Source: an uncultured Chloroflexia bacterium (GTDB lineage: Bacteria; Chloroflexota; Limnocylindria; Limnocylindrales; CSP1-4). From it: 64,000 nt of DNA. The DNA lies in the NCBI GenBank assembly GCA_963833225.1, contig CAWHXD010000008.1, positions 704,001 to 768,000 of the forward strand. Reading direction: 5' to 3'. Within the stretch, counting starts at the first letter, position 1. Every line of letters starts with the position of its first letter. The notes beneath the pieces are model-generated. The model made no database searches and was not told the origin of the DNA. It saw only the letters and a list, made by a program, of their open reading frames with translations. The position numbers and the translations under genes were made by a program. Below are positions 12,006 through 22,951 of the stretch, piece by piece.

Positions 12006-12632
12006 CTACCTCGAGTAGTACTCGACCACGAGCTGCTCGTTGAAGTCGAGCGGCATCTGGTCACGGCGTGGCATGGCGAGCACGGAGCCGGCGAGCTTGT
12101 CGGCATCCAGGCTCAGCCAGTCAGGCGCCTGGTGTGAGCGAAGGGTCTCTTTCACGGTCTTGAACAGCTCGCGCTCCTGGTGAGAAGCGCGGACCTCGAT
12201 CCGATCGCCCACCTTGAGGCGATACGACGGGATGTTGGTCGGGACGCCGTTCACGGCAAAGTGGCCGTGGGCCACGATCTGGCGGGCGGCGGCGCGCGAG
12301 GGCGCGAACCCGAGCCGGTAGGCCACGTTGTCGAGGCGGAGCTCCAGCGAGCGGAGCAGCGCCTCGCCCGTCACGCCGGTCTGGCGGGTGGCCTCGATGA
12401 AGTAGTTGCGGAACTGCTTCTCGAGGACGCCGTAGACGCGGCGGACCTTCTGCTTCTCGCGCAGCTGGAGGCCGTAGTCCCCCACCTTGCGGCGACGGAC
12501 GCCGTGCTGGCCCGGGGGCGTGGGACGCCGCTCGAACGAGCACTTCTTGCTGTAGCAGCGGCTGCCCTTGAGGAAGAGCTTGAGCCCTTCCCGGCGGCAC
12601 AGCCGGCAAACGGGGTCGGTGTAGCGGGCCAT
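12006..12632 (-). CDS. rpsD: 30S ribosomal protein S4 (Zn-binding type)
   Basis: CRLCRREG...[17 protein letters not shown]. Confidence 0.99.
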   Translation of the reverse strand: MARYTDPVCRLCRREGLKLFLKGSRCYSKKCSFERRPTPPGQHGVRRRKVGDYGLQLREKQKVRRVYGVLEKQFRNYFIEATRQTGVTGEALLRSLELRLDNVAYRLGFAPSRAAARQIVAHGHFAVNGVPTNIPSYRLKVGDRIEVRASHQERELFKTVKETLRSHQAPDWLSLDADKLAGSVLAMPRRDQMPLDFNEQLVVEYYSR

Positions 12633-12645
12633 GGTCTCTTCCTGC

Positions 12646-13041
12646 TCAGACCCGGCGCCGCTTGGGCGGGCGGCAACCGTTGTGCGGGATGGGCGTGACG
12701 TCGGTGATCGCGCTCACCTCGAGGCCCGCGGCCTGGAGCGAGCGGATGGCCTGCTCGCGACCGGCACCGGGGCCCTTCACGTAGACCTCGACCTGGCGCA
12801 TGCCATGCTCCATGGCGCGCTTGGCGGCGCCCTCCGCGGCAAGCGCGGCGGCGTACGGCGTGCTCTTCCGGGAGCCCTTGAACCCGGCGATGCCTGCGGA
12901 ACCCCAGGAGATCACATTCCCAGTGAGGTCCGTGATCGTCACGATGGTGTTATTGAAGCTCGCCTGGATATGGACGTGCCCCTGCGGGACGTTCTTGCGC
13001 TCCCGGCGCCGCTGCTTGACGGCGCGCTTCCGATCGGCCAT
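12646..13041 (-). CDS. rpsK: 30S ribosomal protein S11
   Basis: [31 protein letters not shown]. Confidence 0.99.
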   Translation of the reverse strand: MADRKRAVKQRRRERKNVPQGHVHIQASFNNTIVTITDLTGNVISWGSAGIAGFKGSRKSTPYAAALAAEGAAKRAMEHGMRQVEVYVKGPGAGREQAIRSLQAAGLEVSAITDVTPIPHNGCRPPKRRRV

Positions 13042-13058
13042 GCGTTAGCGGTTCCTCG

Positions 13059-13430
13059 TCACTTCTTCTTGCGGGCGCCGACCGTTCGTTTCGGCCCCCG
13101 GCGCTGGCGGGCGTTGGTCTTGGTGCGCTGCCCGCGCACCGGGAGGTTGCGGCGGTGCCGGAGGCCCCGGTACGACCCGATCTCGATCAGGCGCTTGATG
13201 TTCAGCGCCACCTCGCGACGGAGGTCGCCCTCGACCTTGAACGTGCGGTCGATGACCTCACGCAGCCGGTTGACCTGGTCCTCGGTCAGATCCCGGACTC
13301 GCGTGTCCGGGTTGACGCTGGTCTGCTTCAGGATCTTCTGGCTGGAGCTCAGCCCGACCCCGTAGATATAGGTGAGTGCGACCTCCACGCGCTTCTCGCG
13401 CGGGATGTCGACGCCGGCGATACGTGCCAT
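13059..13430 (-). CDS. rpsM: 30S ribosomal protein S13
   Basis: [23 protein letters not shown]. Confidence 0.99.
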   Translation of the reverse strand: MARIAGVDIPREKRVEVALTYIYGVGLSSSQKILKQTSVNPDTRVRDLTEDQVNRLREVIDRTFKVEGDLRREVALNIKRLIEIGSYRGLRHRRNLPVRGQRTKTNARQRRGPKRTVGARKKK

Positions 13431-13433
13431 CCG

Positions 13434-13547
13434 TCAGCCCTGCCGCTGCTTGTGCTTGGGGTTCTCGCAGATGACCATCACGGTGCCGTGGCGCCGGATC
13501 ACCTTGCATTTGTCGCAACGCGTCTTCACGGACGCTCTGACCTTCAC
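13434..13547 (-). CDS. rpmJ: 50S ribosomal protein L36 (Zn-ribbon type)
   Basis: Below ORF cutoff; manual translation from GTG: [37 protein letters not shown]. Confidence 0.98.
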   Translation of the reverse strand: MKVRASVKTRCDKCKVIRRHGTVMVICENPKHKQRQG

Positions 13548-13563
13548 CGGGTTCCTCGATCTC

Positions 13564-13782
13564 TCACTTCAAGCGATACGTGATCCGACCCCGAGTGAGG
13601 TCGTAGGGAGACAGCTCCACGCGGACGCGGTCCCCGGGCAGGATCCGGATGAAGTTCATCCGGAGCTTGCCACTGATGTGCGCGAGAACGCGATGGCCGT
13701 TCTCGAGCTCCACTGCGAACATGGTGTTCGGCAGCGGCTCGATCACTGTTCCTTCGACCTCGATCGCGTCCTTCTTCGCCAA
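13564..13782 (-). CDS. infA: Translation initiation factor IF-1
   Basis: [10 protein letters not shown]...LPNTMF...[10 protein letters not shown]; TTG start. Confidence 0.99.
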   Translation of the reverse strand: MAKKDAIEVEGTVIEPLPNTMFAVELENGHRVLAHISGKLRMNFIRILPGDRVRVELSPYDLTRGRITYRLK

Positions 13783-13843
13783 CTGGCTCCCTGGTCCTTC
13801 TCAGCATGAGTGTCGGCCCGGCCGGGCCGACACACGAACGGTG

Positions 13844-13872
13844 AGGATATCAAACGCACGCGATTCCCACAA
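13844..13872 (-). promoter_or_regulatory. Putative sigma70 promoter for infA-rpmJ-alpha operon
   Basis: Minus strand TTGTGG-N17-TATCCT with extended -10 TG, in the map-infA gap. Confidence 0.6.
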
Positions 13873-13888
13873 CATCATGCTCACCACC

Positions 13889-14677
13889 CTAGACCCGGGT
13901 CAGGATCTCGGCGCCATCGCCGGTGATGGCGATCGTGTGCTCGAAGTGCGCCGCCAGCGAGCGGTCGGCGGTCACCACCGTCCAGCCGTCGGCCAGCGTC
14001 TCGGTCTCCTCGCGCCCGATCATGAACATGGGCTCGATCGCCAGGCACAATCCCGGCTCAAGCCGGGCCCCCGGGCGACCGGTCCGGAAGTTGGGCACCG
14101 ATGGGTCCTCGTGCATCGAGGTCCCGATGCCGTGACCCGTGTAGCCCCGGACGATCCCGTAGCCGGCCGCCGTCGCGACGTCCTCGACAGCGGCGCCGAT
14201 GTCATCGATGTGGTTTCCCGGCCGGGCGGCGGCGATGCCCGCCATCAGGCCCAGGCGGGTGGTCTCCACCAGGTGGACCGCCTGCGGCGTGCCAGCATCC
14301 GGCCCGCCGCAGATGAAGCTCCGCGCGCCGTCGCCGTGCCAGTCCTTGTAGATGGCGCCCACATCCACGGACACGATCTGGCCGGCCCGAATCTCCCGGT
14401 CACCCGGGATACCGTGGACGATCTCGTGGTCGAGCGAGATGCAGGTGGACGCCTTGTAGGCATGCGGATCGCGGGGATCGTAGCGGCGTCCCCCGAGGTA
14501 GCCGAGGAATGACGGGATGCCACCCGATGCCCGGATGTGCGCCTCGGCGAGGCGGTCGATCTCGGCCGTGGACACGCCGGGCCGGAGGTTCTCCTCCACC
14601 AGCGCCAGGACCTCGGCCACGATCCGGCCGGCCGAGCGCATGGTCGCGATCTCGGCCCGCGAGTGGCGCTTGATCAT
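13889..14677 (-). CDS. map: Methionine aminopeptidase type I
   Basis: VHGIP; metal ligands in SVDVG, HGDGAR, GHGIG, IEPM, HFEHT. Confidence 0.98.
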   Translation of the reverse strand: MIKRHSRAEIATMRSAGRIVAEVLALVEENLRPGVSTAEIDRLAEAHIRASGGIPSFLGYLGGRRYDPRDPHAYKASTCISLDHEIVHGIPGDREIRAGQIVSVDVGAIYKDWHGDGARSFICGGPDAGTPQAVHLVETTRLGLMAGIAAARPGNHIDDIGAAVEDVATAAGYGIVRGYTGHGIGTSMHEDPSVPNFRTGRPGARLEPGLCLAIEPMFMIGREETETLADGWTVVTADRSLAAHFEHTIAITGDGAEILTRV

Positions 14678-15348
14678 TCCTTCACCGCCGGGCTCACGCC
14701 GGCCGCGGCAAGGGCGCCGTCGATCGCGTCGGCGACCTCGGTGATGCCCTGCAGGCCGTCGACCGTCGCCAGGGCGCCCCCGCGCCGGTAGTGATCGATG
14801 ACCTCGGCCAGGGCCCCGAGCTGCTGGTCCATCCGTGCGCGGATGGTCTCGGGCTCGTCGTCCTTGCGCTGATACAGCTCGGAGCCGTCCAGGTCGCAGA
14901 CGCCGGACACCCGCGGCGGGCTCGAGGTCTCGTGATAGGGATGGCCGGCGGCTCGGCAGACCCAGCGGCCCGACATGCGCCGGATCAGCTCCTCGGCGGG
15001 CACGTCCACCAGGACGGCGGCGGAGACGCGCGCGTCACGTTCCGCGAGGGCCGCGTCGAGCGCGGCCGCCTGCATCGCGGTTCGCGGGAAGCCATCGAGG
15101 ATGACGCCGGCGGCCGCGTCCGGACGGCCCAGGCGCTCCAGCAGGAGCTTGACCGTGATCTCGTCGGGGACGAGCTGCCCCGCGTCCATGTACCGACGCG
15201 CATCCATGCCCAGGGCTGTCCCGTCTCGCACGGCGGCCCGGAACAGGTCCCCGGTGGCGACCACCGGGAGACCGAGCCGTGCTGCGAGCAGGGGGGCCTG
15301 GGTGCCCTTCCCGGCGCCGGGGGCGCCGAGCAGGACCACCACATTCAC
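14674..15348 (-). CDS. adk: Adenylate kinase
   Basis: GAPGAGKGTQA, GQLVPD, LDGFPRT; GTG overlaps the secY stop (GTGA). Confidence 0.97.
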   Translation of the reverse strand: MNVVVLLGAPGAGKGTQAPLLAARLGLPVVATGDLFRAAVRDGTALGMDARRYMDAGQLVPDEITVKLLLERLGRPDAAAGVILDGFPRTAMQAAALDAALAERDARVSAAVLVDVPAEELIRRMSGRWVCRAAGHPYHETSSPPRVSGVCDLDGSELYQRKDDEPETIRARMDQQLGALAEVIDHYRRGGALATVDGLQGITEVADAIDGALAAAGVSPAVKE

Positions 15349-16622
15349 CTGATGAATCCCTCGTACTGGCGAACCAGCAGCTGGGCTTCGAGCTGCTTCA
15401 TCGTCTCGACGACGACGGAGACCACGATCAGGATGCTCGTGCCACCCAGTGCGATTCCATTGAACTGCGGCTGGACGAGGCCGATGAACGGGGGCAGGGC
15501 CGCGACGATGCCCAGGAACAGGGCGCCGGCGACGGTGATCCTGGTGACCACCCGGGCAAGGTAATCCTGTGTGGGACGCCCCGGCCGGATGCCGGGGATG
15601 AAGCCGCCGTTCTTGCGCAGCTGCTCGGCGGTCTCGTCCGGTTTGAACGTGAACGCCGTGTAGAAGTACGTGAAGCCGACGGTCAGCAGGAAGTAGAGGA
15701 GGACGTACAGCCAGGAGCCCGTCCCCAGCCAGCTCCTGACGCCCTGCGCGATGTCCCCGATCGGCGATGGCGAGTTGATGAAGTAGCTCGCGATCTGGCT
15801 CGGGAACAGCAGGATGCTGACCGCGAAGATGATCGGGATCACGCCGGCCTGGTTGACGCGCAGCGGCAGGAACGTCTGGCCGCCCTGGTACATCCGCCGG
15901 CCACGCACGCGCGACGCGTACTGGATGGGGATGCGGCGCTGGCCTTCCTGGATGTAGATGATCACCGCGACCGCGGCGATGGCCACGATGGCGAGGAGCA
16001 TGATCTGGGCCAGGTCCGGGCTCTCGAGGAAGCCCGCGACGGCGGTCGGGACGCGGCTCACGATGCCCGCGAAGATGATGAACGAGACGCCGTTGCCAAT
16101 CCCCTTCTCGGTGATCAGCTCGCCCAGCCACATCAGGGTCATCGAGCCGGCCGTGAGGGTGACGATCTGGGTCCAGGTCTCCCAGGTCCCGAAGTCGAAC
16201 GGGGTGTTGAGGGCGCCGCTGCTCGAGAGCAGGGCGAGGAACCCGTACGACTGGAGCAGGGACATCGGCACCGCGAGGTACCGGGTGTACTGGTTGATCT
16301 TCTGGCGACCGTACTCGCCCTCGCGCTGGAGCGCCTGGAGCGATGGCACCACGCCCGTCATCAGCTGCATGATGATCGACGCGTTGATGTACGGGTTCAC
16401 ACCCAGGGCGACGACCGAGAAGTTGGCGAGGCCACCGCCGGAGAACAGGTCGAGCAGCCCGAAGATCGGGTTCTGGTCGAGGAACGAGCGAAGCTCCTGG
16501 CTGTTGATGCCAGGAACCGGCACGTGCGCCAGCAGCCGGAAGACCAGCAGGATCCCCGCGACATAGAGGATCCGGCGCCGGAGGTCCGGCGCCCGGAAGG
16601 CGTTGAGAAGGGCCTCGAACAC
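15345..16622 (-). CDS. secY: Preprotein translocase SecY
   Basis: LGVNPYINASII, GIGNGVS, GVIPIIFA, FIPGIRPG; multiple TM helices. Confidence 0.99.
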   Translation of the reverse strand: MFEALLNAFRAPDLRRRILYVAGILLVFRLLAHVPVPGINSQELRSFLDQNPIFGLLDLFSGGGLANFSVVALGVNPYINASIIMQLMTGVVPSLQALQREGEYGRQKINQYTRYLAVPMSLLQSYGFLALLSSSGALNTPFDFGTWETWTQIVTLTAGSMTLMWLGELITEKGIGNGVSFIIFAGIVSRVPTAVAGFLESPDLAQIMLLAIVAIAAVAVIIYIQEGQRRIPIQYASRVRGRRMYQGGQTFLPLRVNQAGVIPIIFAVSILLFPSQIASYFINSPSPIGDIAQGVRSWLGTGSWLYVLLYFLLTVGFTYFYTAFTFKPDETAEQLRKNGGFIPGIRPGRPTQDYLARVVTRITVAGALFLGIVAALPPFIGLVQPQFNGIALGGTSILIVVSVVVETMKQLEAQLLVRQYEGFIR

Positions 16623-16628
16623 GGGGCG

Positions 16629-17195
16629 CTACGCGTCGTCGGCCGCGGCCCCGGCGGCCTCGGCGGACGCGGCCTCGGCGGCCGGCTCGACGCCGAGCGC
16701 GGCAAGCGGCTCGGACGGGATCTCGATGACCTGCGCCGTGCCTCCGGCCGCCTCGATCTTCTCGCGGGCGCTCTTGGTGAACGCATCGGCCAGCACGAAC
16801 AGCGGGGTGGTGACCTCGCCGGCGCCCAGGATCTTGAGCGGGAAGCGATCGCGCCGGACCAGGCCGGCGGCCTTGAGGGTGTCGGCGTTGATCGTGACCG
16901 GGGCGCCCTTCTCCTGCTGGAGCTTGCCGGCGTCGACCGCCGCGGTGATGGCACCGACGTTCACGACCTCGTACTCGATGTCGTTGATGTTGCGGAAGCC
17001 GCGGAGCTTCGGGATCCGGATGTGGATCGGGGTCTGGCCACCTTCGAACCAGGCCGGGATCGAGGCGCCGGCGCGCGAGCGCTGGCCCTTGGTGCCGCGG
17101 CCGGCGGTCTTCCCCTTGCCCGCCGCGATCCCGCGTCCGACTCGCGTCTTCCTGGTGACCGACCCCTCGGCGGGATGCAGGTCGTGGATCTTCAT
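16629..17195 (-). CDS. rplO: 50S ribosomal protein L15
   Basis: RVGRGIAAGKGKTAGRGTKGQ, FEGGQTP, KIEAAGG. Confidence 0.98.
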   Translation of the reverse strand: MKIHDLHPAEGSVTRKTRVGRGIAAGKGKTAGRGTKGQRSRAGASIPAWFEGGQTPIHIRIPKLRGFRNINDIEYEVVNVGAITAAVDAGKLQQEKGAPVTINADTLKAAGLVRRDRFPLKILGAGEVTTPLFVLADAFTKSAREKIEAAGGTAQVIEIPSEPLAALGVEPAAEAASAEAAGAAADDA

Positions 17196-17407
17196 CAGGA
17201 CTTCTCCGGGCTGGTCGCGCCCTCGGGGAGCTCCTCGACGGTCACGAGGAACCTGACCTGCCGGACCATCCCGCGGACAGCGGGGTTGTCCGGCAGGATC
17301 GACGAGCTGCCGATGCCGTGCAGGCCCAGCGCTCGGATCGTCGCCCGGTTGCGGTGGATATGGCTGATGGTGCTCTTGGTCTGCGTGACCTTCAGGCTAC
17401 CGGGCAT
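17195..17407 (-). CDS. rpmD: 50S ribosomal protein L30
   Basis: [10 protein letters not shown]...TIRALGL...NPAVRGM; ATG at 17407. Confidence 0.95.
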   Translation of the reverse strand: MPGSLKVTQTKSTISHIHRNRATIRALGLHGIGSSSILPDNPAVRGMVRQVRFLVTVEELPEGATSPEKS

Positions 17408-17939
17408 CGGGCGCCTCCCTGAGCGCTGCGGCCGGCTGGCCGGGGACGACCAGGTGGATCTTGACGCCACGCATCCGCTCCACCTGCTCCACGGAGCGGA
17501 GGCTCTGCAGCGCGATGAGCGTGGCGCGGGTCACGTTCACCGGGTTGGTGGAACCGTGCACCTTGGCCAGGATGTCGCGGACGCCCGCCGCCTCGACAAC
17601 GGCGCGGACAGCGCCGCCGGCGATGACGCCGGTGCCCTTGGAGGCCGGCTTGAGCAGCACCCGCGCGGCGGCGTACTCCTGGCGGACCTCGTGCGGGATC
17701 GTCGTCCCGACCATCGGGATCTTCACGATGTGCTTCTTCGCGTCCTCGACGCCCTTGCGGATGCTCTCGGGCACGTCACCGGCCTTGCCGAGGCCGACGC
17801 CGACGTGGCCGTTGCCGTCGCCCACGACGATGACCGCCGAGAACGAGAAGCGCCGGCCGCCCTTGTGCACCTTGGCGACGCGGTTGATCTGGACGACGCG
17901 CTCCTCGAGCGCGAGCTTGTTGGGGTCGATGCGGGCCAC
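17397..17939 (-). CDS. rpsE: 30S ribosomal protein S5
   Basis: [24 protein letters not shown]. Confidence 0.99.
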   Translation of the reverse strand: MARIDPNKLALEERVVQINRVAKVHKGGRRFSFSAVIVVGDGNGHVGVGLGKAGDVPESIRKGVEDAKKHIVKIPMVGTTIPHEVRQEYAAARVLLKPASKGTGVIAGGAVRAVVEAAGVRDILAKVHGSTNPVNVTRATLIALQSLRSVEQVERMRGVKIHLVVPGQPAAALREAPDAR

Positions 17940-17948
17940 AGGCGTCTC

Positions 17949-18314
17949 CTAGAAGTCCAGGCCGGCTTCGCGGGCCGCCTCGGCGAGCGAGCGAACCCGC
18001 CCGTGGTACTTGAAGCCCGCCCGGTCGAAGACCACCTGCTCGATGCCGGCCGCCTTTGCGCGCTCGGCGACGAGCATGCCGACGGCCTTGGCGCCGTCGA
18101 GCTTCGTGCCCGGTGCGCCCTTGAGCGAGGCCTCGAGCGATGAGGCGGCCGCGAGCGTGCGGCCGCTGGTGTCGTCGATGACCTGGGCGTAGATGTGGGT
18201 CAGGCTGCGGAAGATGGCCAGGCGCGGCCTGGCCGCGGTGCCCGCGAGCTTGAGGCGGAGCCGCTCGTGGCGCTTGACGCGCGAGGCCGTGCGGCTGTCA
18301 GCGATCTTCTTCAT
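17949..18314 (-). CDS. rplR: 50S ribosomal protein L18
   Basis: [26 protein letters not shown]. Confidence 0.99.
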   Translation of the reverse strand: MKKIADSRTASRVKRHERLRLKLAGTAARPRLAIFRSLTHIYAQVIDDTSGRTLAAASSLEASLKGAPGTKLDGAKAVGMLVAERAKAAGIEQVVFDRAGFKYHGRVRSLAEAAREAGLDF

Positions 18315-18317
18315 GGG

Positions 18318-18869
18318 CTACTTCTTCCCGCCGATCTTGCCGGCCTTGCCCGCCTTGCGGCGGACCTTCTCGCCGGCGTACCGGACGCCCTTGCCCTTGT
18401 ACGGCTCGGGCTTGCGCGTCGACCGGACCTTGGCGGCAATCTGGCCGACGAGCTCCTTGTCGATGCCGACGACCGCCAGCTTGAGCGGCGTCTCCAGCTC
18501 GAAGCTGATCCCCGCCGGCGGGTCGATCTCGATCGGGTGGCTGTAGCCCAGCGCGAGCTGGAGCTTCTCGCCGATCTTCTGTGCCCGATAGCCGACGCCG
18601 ACGATCTCGAGGCCCTTGCGGTACCCGGTGGTCACGCCGACGACCATGTTGTTGACGAGGGTGCGCGTCAGCCCGTGGAGGCTCTTGTCGAGCTTGGTCT
18701 CCGTCGGCCGCACGACCGTGAGGGTCTCGCCCTCGCGCTCGATCTGCATGCGCGGCGGCAGCTGGCGGGTCAGGGTCCCCTTGGGGCCCGTGACCGTGAT
18801 GACGCGCCCGTCAAGCGTGACGTCCACGCCCGCCGGGACGGTGATGGGGAGGCGACCAATTCGTGACAT
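18318..18869 (-). CDS. rplF: 50S ribosomal protein L6
   Basis: MSRIGRLPI, GVGYRA, PEPYKGKG. Confidence 0.99.
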   Translation of the reverse strand: MSRIGRLPITVPAGVDVTLDGRVITVTGPKGTLTRQLPPRMQIEREGETLTVVRPTETKLDKSLHGLTRTLVNNMVVGVTTGYRKGLEIVGVGYRAQKIGEKLQLALGYSHPIEIDPPAGISFELETPLKLAVVGIDKELVGQIAAKVRSTRKPEPYKGKGVRYAGEKVRRKAGKAGKIGGKK

Positions 18870-18876
18870 CGCTCAG

Positions 18877-19275
18877 CTACCAGACGTAGGCGAGGATCTC
18901 GCCACCCAGCTCGGCCTTCTTGGCCTCGCTGCCGGTCATGATCCCCCTGGAGGTGCTGACGATGACGACGCCGAGGCCGCCGAGCACCCGCGGGATGTCG
19001 GTCTTGCGCGCATACACGCGAAGGCCGGGCTTGCTGATCCGCTTGAGACCGGAGACGACCGGCACCTTGCCGTCGACGTACTTGAGCTGCAGCCGCAGGA
19101 GGGCGGTCGGCCCCTCGCGCTCCTCGTGGACGTCGGCGATGAAGCCTTCCGCCACCAGGATCCGCGCGATCTCGCGCTTGGTTCGCGAGGCAGGAACGAT
19201 GACGTCCGTGTGGCGCGCCCGGGATGCGTTGCGGACACGCGTGAGCATGTCCGCGATGGGATCGGAAACGTTCAT
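18877..19275 (-). CDS. rpsH: 30S ribosomal protein S8
   Basis: DPIADMLTRVRNA, SKPGLRVY, STSRGIMT. Confidence 0.99.
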   Translation of the reverse strand: MNVSDPIADMLTRVRNASRARHTDVIVPASRTKREIARILVAEGFIADVHEEREGPTALLRLQLKYVDGKVPVVSGLKRISKPGLRVYARKTDIPRVLGGLGVVIVSTSRGIMTGSEAKKAELGGEILAYVW

Positions 19276-19279
19276 CTTG

Positions 19280-19465
19280 CTACCAGCTCGACTTCGTGAC
19301 GCCGGGCAGCTCGCCGACGAGCGCCCGCTCGCGGAAGCAGATCCGGCACAGCCCGAACCGGCGCATGTAGGCGCGCGGCCGGCCGCAGACAAAGCAGCGG
19401 TGGTATCCCTGGACGGGGTGCTTCGGCTCCCGCTTCGCCTTGGCGATCATTGACTTCTTTGCCAT
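19280..19465 (-). CDS. rpsZ: 30S ribosomal protein S14, short Zn-binding type
   Basis: 61 aa; CFVCGRPR...CRICFR; GVTKSSW. Confidence 0.98.
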   Translation of the reverse strand: MAKKSMIAKAKREPKHPVQGYHRCFVCGRPRAYMRRFGLCRICFRERALVGELPGVTKSSW

Positions 19466-19484
19466 CTGGACTCCTCCCCGCGCC

Positions 19485-20027
19485 CTAGCCGGCGAAGGGC
19501 ATGCCGAGGAGCTCGAGCAGACGCTTCAATTCCTCGTCGGTCTTCGCCGTCGTCACGATGCTGATCTCCAGCCCGCGGAGACGGTCCACCTTGTCGTAGT
19601 CGATCTCCGGGAAGGCCAGCTGCTCCCTGAATCCCAGGGAGTAGTTGCCCCGGCCGTCGAAGGACTTGCTCGGAACGCCCCGGAAGTCGCGGATGCGCGG
19701 GAGCGCAATCCGCGTGAGGCGCTCGAGGAAGTCCCACATCCGCTCGCCGCGAAGGGTGACCTTCACGCCGATCGGGTTGCCGGTCCGGACGCGGAACTGG
19801 GCGATGGATCGCTTGGCGCGGGTGACGATCGGCTTCTGGCCCGTGATGAGCTGCAGGTCGCCGACCGCGGCATCCACCGCCTTCGCGTTGGAGAGGGCCT
19901 CGCCGAGCCCGATGTTGACGACGATCTTCTCGAGCCCCGGAACCTCCATCGGGTTCGTGTACTCGAAATGCTTGGTCAGCGCCGGGACCACCTCCGTGGC
20001 GTAGCGCTCCTTCAGCTGGCCGCTCAC
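19485..20027 (-). CDS. rplE: 50S ribosomal protein L5
   Basis: [30 protein letters not shown]. Confidence 0.99.
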   Translation of the reverse strand: MSGQLKERYATEVVPALTKHFEYTNPMEVPGLEKIVVNIGLGEALSNAKAVDAAVGDLQLITGQKPIVTRAKRSIAQFRVRTGNPIGVKVTLRGERMWDFLERLTRIALPRIRDFRGVPSKSFDGRGNYSLGFREQLAFPEIDYDKVDRLRGLEISIVTTAKTDEELKRLLELLGMPFAG

Positions 20028-20467
20028 GACTTGACCTCCAGGGGCTCGCCGCAGTGGAGGCAGACGCGCACCCGGGTGCCGTTGTCGAGCGTCCGGTGGC
20101 CGACCCGCGTGGGGCGGTCACAGTGGCCGCAGACGACCATCACCCGGGCAACGGGCATCGGCATGGCGAGGTCGATGACGCCGCCCGGATCGACCGTCGG
20201 CATGGACCCCGGCCCGCCCTGCGAGCGCTGGCGCGGCTTGGTGTGCTTGCGAGCGATGTTGAGACCCTCGACGACCACGAACGCGCCGCCCTTGGCTGAC
20301 ACCCGGCGGTAGCCGGACCGGAGCGCCGACGGAGAGGCGTCGCGGCGGATCAGCCGCTCCACCTTGCCGCGCTTGCCGGCGTCCTTGCCGCTGAGCACGA
20401 TCACGGTGTCGCCCTTGCGGATCTCGGGCACCTTCGTCTGGTGCTCGATCGACCGTACGGTCATCAC
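20024..20467 (-). CDS. rplX: 50S ribosomal protein L24 with insertions
   Basis: KOW motif [26 protein letters not shown]; CxxC...CxxC C-terminus; 147 aa. Confidence 0.95.
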   Translation of the reverse strand: MMTVRSIEHQTKVPEIRKGDTVIVLSGKDAGKRGKVERLIRRDASPSALRSGYRRVSAKGGAFVVVEGLNIARKHTKPRQRSQGGPGSMPTVDPGGVIDLAMPMPVARVMVVCGHCDRPTRVGHRTLDNGTRVRVCLHCGEPLEVKS

Positions 20468-20832
20468 AGCACCTCCGGTGCGAGGGACACGATCTTCATG
20501 TAGTTGCGGTCCCGCAGCTCACGCGCGACGGGCCCGAAGATCCGGGTTCCGCGCGGGTTGCCCTGGTTGTTGATGAGCACGGCCGCGTTCTCGTCGAAGC
20601 GGATGTAGCTGCCATCCGGACGGCCGATCTCCTTGCTGGTGCGGACGATGACCGCCCGCACGACGTCGCCCTTCTTCACCGGGGCATTCGGGATCGCGGT
20701 CTTGACGCTCGCGACGATCACGTCGCCGATGCCGGCGACGGTCTTGCGCGAGCGACCCATGATCCGGATGCACTCGATGGTCCGGGCGCCGGTGTTGTCG
20801 GCGACGCGGAGGCGCGTCGATGCCTGGATCAC
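20464..20832 (-). CDS. rplN: 50S ribosomal protein L14
   Basis: [26 protein letters not shown]. Confidence 0.99.
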   Translation of the reverse strand: MIQASTRLRVADNTGARTIECIRIMGRSRKTVAGIGDVIVASVKTAIPNAPVKKGDVVRAVIVRTSKEIGRPDGSYIRFDENAAVLINNQGNPRGTRIFGPVARELRDRNYMKIVSLAPEVL

Positions 20833-21260
20833 GAAGGACCTCCTTCGTCGGCCGGCGCGTCAGCGTCCACCGCCGGATCGGTCCCGCGCTCGTCGTCCCG
20901 CTCCTTGCGGGAGTGGCTCGCGCCGTGGATCGCCTCGGTGGTCGCGGCCTCCTCGGCCGGGATCACCTCGCCGGCTCGCTCCTCGCCCGTACGGGAGAGG
21001 ACCGACACCAGGCGCCAGCGCTTGGTCGCCGACAACGGGCGCGACTCCTCGATCAGGACGGTGTCGCCGATCTTGGCCGTGTTGGCCTCATCGTGGGCGG
21101 CGAACTTGGTGGAGGCTTTCATGACTCGCTTGTAGAGCCGGTGGCGGGTCAGCCGTTCGACGGACACGACGATCGTCTTGTCCATCTTGTCGCTGACGAC
21201 GCGGCCGACCTTGGTCTTCCGCTGTCCCTTCACGGGGCTTGTTGCTCCTGAGGTGGGCAT
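20829..21260 (-). CDS. rpsQ: 30S ribosomal protein S17 with acidic C-terminal tail
   Basis: [26 protein letters not shown]; start approximate. Confidence 0.97.
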   Translation of the reverse strand: MPTSGATSPVKGQRKTKVGRVVSDKMDKTIVVSVERLTRHRLYKRVMKASTKFAAHDEANTAKIGDTVLIEESRPLSATKRWRLVSVLSRTGEERAGEVIPAEEAATTEAIHGASHSRKERDDERGTDPAVDADAPADEGGPS

Positions 21261-21270
21261 CCCGACGCTC

Positions 21271-21477
21271 CTACTCCACCGAGCGCGGCGCGGTGGCGCG
21301 CTCACGCTGGACGGTGAGGATCCGGGCGATCTTCCGTCGCGTCGCCGGGATCTGGCTGTAGTCCTTCAACTGGCGGGTGGAGAGGGCGAATCGAGCCTGC
21401 CACAGGTCCTGCTTCGCCTCCTTCAGCCGGTCGTCCAGCTCGCGGTCCGAGAGCTGCCGGACCTCACCGATCTCCAT
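21271..21477 (-). CDS. rpmC: 50S ribosomal protein L29
   Basis: [17 protein letters not shown]; position in S10 operon. Confidence 0.95.
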   Translation of the reverse strand: MEIGEVRQLSDRELDDRLKEAKQDLWQARFALSTRQLKDYSQIPATRRKIARILTVQRERATAPRSVE

Positions 21478-21901
21478 CGGTGACCTCCTTCGCGGTCTCA
21501 CGGACGACGACGTGGGTCGCCACCGGGAGCTTGTGGGACGCCAGGCGCATGGCCTCGACGGCCGCCGCGCGGTCGACGCCCGCCATCTCGAACAGGATCC
21601 GGCCGGGGCGCACGACGGCGACCCAGTGGTCCGGGGCGCCCTTGCCGGAACCCATCCGGGTCTCGGCGGGCTTCTTGGTCGCGGGCTTGTCCGGGAACAC
21701 CCGGATCCAGATCTTCCCGCCTCGCTTGACCGAGCGGGTCATCGCGCGCCGGGCTGACTCGATCTGGCGGGCGGTGATCCACGCCGGCTCGAGCGTGGCC
21801 AGGCCGTACTCGCCGAAGGCGACCGTGTGGCCGCCCTTGGCGGTGCCGGACATCCGGCCGCGCATGACCTTGCGGTGCTTGACGCGTCGGGGCATCAGCA
21901 T
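21464..21901 (-). CDS. rplP: 50S ribosomal protein L16
   Basis: [27 protein letters not shown]. Confidence 0.99.
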   Translation of the reverse strand: MLMPRRVKHRKVMRGRMSGTAKGGHTVAFGEYGLATLEPAWITARQIESARRAMTRSVKRGGKIWIRVFPDKPATKKPAETRMGSGKGAPDHWVAVVRPGRILFEMAGVDRAAAVEAMRLASHKLPVATHVVVRETAKEVTDGDR

Positions 21902-21905
21902 GGCG

Positions 21906-22601
21906 TCAGCCCCCCTGCGCGGCGCCGGCCGCGGCACTGGACACGGCGGCCGCAGCGGCCTCGCGGCGCTTGCGCTCCACCGGGATCTCGCCCTTGTAGA
22001 TCCAGACCTTGACGCCGATCCGGCCATAGGTCGTGTGCGCGTGCACCTGGCCGTAGCTGATGTCCGCGCGCAGGGTGCCGAGCGGGATCCGACCTTCGCG
22101 GTCCCACTCGCGCCGTCCCATCTCGGAGCCGCCGAGGCGGCCGGCAAGCGCGATCTTGACGCCCTTGGCGCCCGCCTTCATCGATCGCTGGATCGACTGC
22201 TTCATCGCCTTCTTGTAGGCGACGCGGCGGGTGAGCTGCTGGGCGATGTTGAGCGCCACGAGATAGGCGTCCAGCTCCGGCTGGCGGATCTCCCTGATCT
22301 CCAGCTTGACCTTCCGCTTGGTCAGGTCGCCGATCTCCTTGCGGAGCACCTCGACGTTCTGGCCACCGCGGCCGATCACGATGCCCGGCTTGGCGGTGTG
22401 GATGGCGACGGTGACATGGTTGATGCCCCGCTCGATCTCCACGCCGCTCACGCTGGCGTTCGCGAGGCGCCGGTCCAGCAGCTGCCGGATCGAGATGTCC
22501 TCACGAAGGAGGGTGGTGTACTCCTTGTCGGCGTACCACTTGGCAGTCCACGTTCGGGTATAGCCCAGGCGGTAGCCGTACGGATGGACCTTGTGTCCCA
22601 T
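21906..22601 (-). CDS. rpsC: 30S ribosomal protein S3
   Basis: [32 protein letters not shown]. Confidence 0.99.
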   Translation of the reverse strand: MGHKVHPYGYRLGYTRTWTAKWYADKEYTTLLREDISIRQLLDRRLANASVSGVEIERGINHVTVAIHTAKPGIVIGRGGQNVEVLRKEIGDLTKRKVKLEIREIRQPELDAYLVALNIAQQLTRRVAYKKAMKQSIQRSMKAGAKGVKIALAGRLGGSEMGRREWDREGRIPLGTLRADISYGQVHAHTTYGRIGVKVWIYKGEIPVERKRREAAAAAVSSAAAGAAQGG

Positions 22602-22603
22602 GC

Positions 22604-22942
22604 CTAGGCCTCCCGGTCGGCCACGACGATCGTGATGTGCGTCATGGGCTTGTGGATCGGGAATGCCCGACCCTGGGCCCGTGGACGCCACCGCTTGATC
22701 GTGGGGCCCTCGTTGGCGATCGCATCCGCGATGAACAGCTCATCCGGGGATCGATTCAGGTTGTTCTCGGCGTTGGCCGTCGCACTCTTGAGCACGCGCG
22801 CGACGTCGCGTGCGGCTGCCTGCGGCATGAACCGCAGGATGGCGGTGGCCTCCTCCACGGGCTTGCCCTTGATCGCCTCGGTGATGAGGCGGGCCTTCCG
22901 CGTGGAACCGCGCAGGTACTTGGCAGTAGCAGAAACGCGCAC
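22604..22942 (-). CDS. rplV: 50S ribosomal protein L22
   Basis: RKARLI, SATANAENN, PRAQGRA. Confidence 0.99.
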   Translation of the reverse strand: MRVSATAKYLRGSTRKARLITEAIKGKPVEEATAILRFMPQAAARDVARVLKSATANAENNLNRSPDELFIADAIANEGPTIKRWRPRAQGRAFPIHKPMTHITIVVADREA

Positions 22943-22951
22943 GCCCGCCCC

